Shown here piece by piece: positions 58,855 to 64,000 of a DNA stretch of 64,000 bases. The notes under the pieces were generated by a model, which did no database searches, was not told where the DNA came from, and saw only the letters and a program-made list of their open reading frames with translations. Source of the stretch: the human T2T-CHM13v2.0 reference genome, Homo sapiens; the NCBI RefSeq assembly GCF_009914755.1, contig NC_060946.1; one strand, 5' to 3'. A program made the translations under genes and the position numbers. Position 1 is the stretch's first letter; each line of letters begins with the position of its first letter.

Positions 58855-59151
58855 TTGGTTTTGTTTTTGAGACAGAGTCTCACTCACTCTGTAGCCCAGG
58901 CTGGAGTGCAGTGGCATGACTTGGGCCCACTGCAAGCTCTGCCTCCCAGGTTCGAGTGATTCTCATGCCTCAGCCTCTTGAGTAGCTGGGACTATAGGCG
59001 CACACCACCACGCCTGGCTAATTTTTGTATTTTGCATTTTTTATAGACACATGGTTTCACCATGTTGGCCAGGCTGGTCTCAAACTCCTGGCCTCAAGTG
59101 ATCCGCCTGCCTCGGCCTCCCAAAGTGCTGGGATTATGAGCATGCCTGGCC
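58855..59151 (-). mobile_element. AluS element; further Alu 3'-end stubs at about 58510-58577 and 58686-58726
   Basis: Reverse dimer; stubs read GAGA(C)AG(A/G)GTCTCACTCTG after T-tracts. Confidence 0.88.
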
Positions 59152-59619
59152 CGTAAGTATAAAGTTGTTGATAGTAATCCCTTACTATCCTTTTAGAGCT
59201 GAAGCAATTGTAGTGGTTATCTCTTGTCTCATCCTGATACTGGTGATTTGTGTCTTCTCTCTTTGTCTTTGCCAGTCTTGTTAGAGGTTTATCAACTTTT
59301 ATTGTTTTTTAAATTTTTTAATTATTTTTACTTATTTATCTTTTTTTTCAAAGAACTGGCTTTTTGTATCATTCCTTTTTCTCTGTTGTTTTCCTGTTTT
59401 CAATTTCATTAATTTGTTCTTTATGATTTCCTTTCTTCTATTCCTTGTGCATTTATTTCACTTTTCTGAGTTTCCTGAGGAAAGAACTTAGATTATTGAT
59501 TTCAAACCTTTCCTCTTTTCTACTGTAAGCGTTTAAAAAAATGTTTACATTATAAATGTAAGTGCTGAAAAGTTCCCGCTCACCACCGCTTTAGCTGTAT
59601 TTCACATATTGCTAATATT

Positions 59620-59843
59620 GAGTGAACCTTAATGTAAACTGGACTTTGGGTGATTACAATATGTTAATGTAGATTGATTGATTGTAAAAATTTGACACTC
59701 TGATGTAGGATGTTGGTAGGGGTGGGAAGGGTATACTTGTAGGAGGGGTAGAGGACATAAGGAGAAATCTCCGTAGCTTCCACTCAATTTTGCTGTGAAC
59801 CTAAGATGGCTCTAAAAAATAGTCTGTTAAAAAAAAAAAAAAA
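59620..59843 (+). mobile_element. L1MC-type 3' terminus with poly-A
   Basis: GTGAACCTTAATGTAAACT...GCTGTGAACCTAAGATGGCTCTAAAAAAT. Confidence 0.8.
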
Positions 59844-59854
59844 GATCAGAGTGA

Positions 59855-60294
<440 letters not shown>

Positions 60295-60389
60295 AGGGTA
60301 ACATTTTGTAAAGATTTTTTAAACATTTAATAAAGATTTTATAAACATTTTATAAAGATTTCTATAAAGCAAAAAAAGTCATAAATAAA

Positions 60390-61290
60390 AATTTTAAATC
60401 AAATGGAAAATAGATAAAGAACCAGGAAGTGGGCTAATTCTCTAATACACAAATTGCTCTTAGGAATTGCTAAGACAAAGATGAGAAACCAAAAAGGAAA
60501 ATAAGCAAAGGACATGAATAGAGTTAACAGTAAAAAGAAACAAACATGCCCAATAAACACATAAAAAGTTACAGTAAAAAATTAAAATAAAAATTTTCTT
60601 CCTCTCAGATTGACAAAAATGAAAACTTTTGATAACAGTATTTGCAAAGATGAGGGGAATCAAGATGATAGACTATATAAACTGTATACCAGTACTGTGT
60701 ACCAATAAACTGGTACAACTTTTAGGAGGATAATTTGGCAGCATTTTTCAAAATTAAAAATAAGCATAACCTTTTGGCAATTCCCCTTCTGAGACAGCAT
60801 AATAAAAATATATGTACAAGGATTATTATTGCAACTTTGCTTTAACAGGCAAAAACATGAAAGAGCCAAGTGATTACCAATAGGAAATGGCTAAGATTAT
60901 ATATATATATGTATGTGTATACGTATATAGATAAAGAATACAGCACAGCAATATGTACTGATATAGAAAAATGTCTATAAGATGTAGTTTACTAAAAAAG
61001 CATATCTTGAAATATACATTGAATGATTACATTTATTATACAGAAAGATGTCCATGATATATTGTTCAGTTCAAAGTGTGTTGCAGAGCAATACATATTG
61101 AATGAGACCAGTCAGGTAAAAGAAATGTGTAGACACAAAAATTTCCCCCCAAAATCACTGGAAACTGCTGGAGTTGCCTCTGGGGAAAGGAACTTGAGAA
61201 GCATGGAGGAGTAAGGAGCCACCCTGCTCTGTACTCTTTACCCTGTGATGTTGTCTGAACACTTTTCAATAAGTGCTTTCTAATTTAAAA
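60390..61290 (+). mobile_element. Decayed L1ME 3' fragments
   Basis: AAACTGGTACAACTTTTAGGAGGATAATTTGGCAG and related motifs. Confidence 0.6.
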
Positions 61291-62078
61291 AGAAGTAACA
61301 AGAGTACAAGCATGAAAATAAAAAAAACCTTTTAAGCATAAAACAATGATGTAGCAAAAAGATACAAGAAAAATGAATTAACATAATTAGAATAAGTAGA
61401 ATTTCCATTTCTCTAACAACTTTGGTGAGATCAAATTTTAGGAAATATAATAAATGGCATCCCAATAAACCAAAAGATAAAAATGTATACTCTTCATTTA
61501 GCAAAATAACAAATGAAGGCAGTAGGAAACAAATATTTATCGTGTATCACTATCAATTTAGTAAATCACAACTAGACTGAAGGTTTCGGTCAGCTTTAAT
61601 TTTGTGTGAACCAATTCATAGTATCTCTATCTGTTTCTATGGAAACAACTGAGACCAAAAACATCACAACCTCATTGTTGAATCTCCTCAAACAGGAAAA
61701 GAGTAAGGTCTTTTGAGGTGATGAAAAGCTGCAAATAGCCTTATTCATTAGCAAATCTAATAATAAAAATCCTGGGCAGTATATATAGAGAAAACAGATC
61801 ATGTCAGTCATAAATTTAAAGTCTTTCCTTAGTTTCAAAAGTAACATTTAGGCAAGCCCTGTTCTGCTTTTAAAAGCTCTATTCTGTTATGAATTTTGTT
61901 TACTGCATTTAAGATAATTTTTCTTTCATTTATAAAATGAGAATAGTTAAAGAGGTTTCTACTTACATTTTTAAGAGATATTTTAAGCGCCCCTCATTCT
62001 GCCTAAGCAATCATTTATTTCTCATTCTGTAGATGTAGTACATTTGACAACAACAATTAGATTTACTGTTCAACTTAC

Positions 62079-62144
62079 TAGGTTTTGTCTTCTGCTACAA
62101 GAGCAGACTACTGAAGAGGACATATTGGAATGTAACAAATGCTC
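62079..62144 (-). CDS. Candidate 66-nt exon (EHLLHSNMSSSVVCSCSRRQNL), in frame with 53970-54090
   Basis: Acceptor catcttttcttattactattag|G and donor CTA|gtaagt; only the phase-0 frame is open; repeat-free context. Confidence 0.5.
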
Positions 62145-62477
62145 CTAATAGTAATAAGAAAAGATGCTTGTCAAGAGGATAATGGGATATTGTTATAATA
62201 CAGTGATGCTTTGAAAAAGGAAAATCCAACTTCTAAACTTCTTTTGAGAGAAATGCAACATTTTTTCTCACTGAAATAAGATGTAATGTAGATCAATAAC
62301 ACTGAGTTTCTCTGAAGTAAGAAAAAAACAATAGTAATCAGGATTTAAAGACAGATACAAAAAAAAAAAAAATAGGTGACTATTTCTTTCATTCCAAAGC
62401 ACATAGGATTATTCAAGTCTATTTTCTACCTCAAAAGCCATCAGCAGAAAATAGGCTGATCTCAAATTTTAAAATCA

Positions 62478-63364
<887 letters not shown>

Positions 63365-64000
63365 TAATCTGTCTTTTCAGTCAGTGAGCTATTACGAAAT
63401 TAAAGAACAGCGAAATTTTAATTTTATGTACCTTTCTAAGCTGTTAGAAAAACAATTGAATCCGATACCTAATTGGGTTGGGGAAAGGCATCAGGAACAG
63501 AAAGTAAAAAATAATAATAATAATTCCAACCTTCCTTATAGGAATTCCAGCAGGGAACACTAAGAAAAGCACTCTGAGCACAAGACTAAACAAGCATCTT
63601 TCACAGGAAAAAAAGAGAAGCTAACGTTCATTTACTGTCTATTATTCATTCATTTCTTCAGTTGACAAAAATTTGTCAATTGAAGATTCAGCAATGAATA
63701 AAGACTAAACAGGTCTCTACTCAAGAAGATTTCCTTCTAGTGGGAGAAACAGACAACAAACAGAAAAACGAATTAATGAGATAATTTCACAGTCATGAGT
63801 GAAACGGATTTCTAGCCAAGATGGTTCTGTATGTTCATACTTTGGGGATGTCTCCCTTCTCCAAATATAGAGCAATGAGAGAGAAAATGCAAATGTGAAA
63901 ATTAAAAAGATACAGTCATGCTCAAAACCAAGATTAACATCTTCATGGAACAGAAACAAATAATGGTAAGGAGAGGCTGAAGCTGTGGACCTTTGGGGCT

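Noticed and set aside
63432-63468. 37-nt minus-strand exon candidate (good pyrimidine tract, AAG|GTACAT)
   Set aside because: In-frame stop in the frame that would join the 62144 exon; only possible as a non-coding exon, and unsupported

Overview
Primate (human-like) genomic DNA, AT-rich, with no CpG island. Most of the window is ancient interspersed repeat: about 25 Alu/FLAM/FAM elements, several L1 copies (two large L1MA-type copies in opposite orientation), L2/MIR, a near full-length Tigger1, MER1B, Tigger4a, solo LTRs (MER61-, MER39-, MLT1-, LTR33-, LTR8-like) and a decayed ERVL internal region. Almost all ORF-track entries come from repeats. The best gene evidence is two phase-compatible minus-strand exon candidates (62079-62144 and 53970-54090); I cannot name the gene. 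I found no evidence for a new multi-gene system. The notable structure is (i) a perfect 20/20 p53 response element in a MER61-like LTR nested in an L1 5'UTR, and (ii) three local templated copies (one direct, two inverted, one of them enclosed by a perfect 21-bp inverted repeat) plus several iterated micro-duplications that resemble template-switch repair scars. Repeat family names are from my recall of consensus sequences and need confirmation with RepeatMasker/Dfam.
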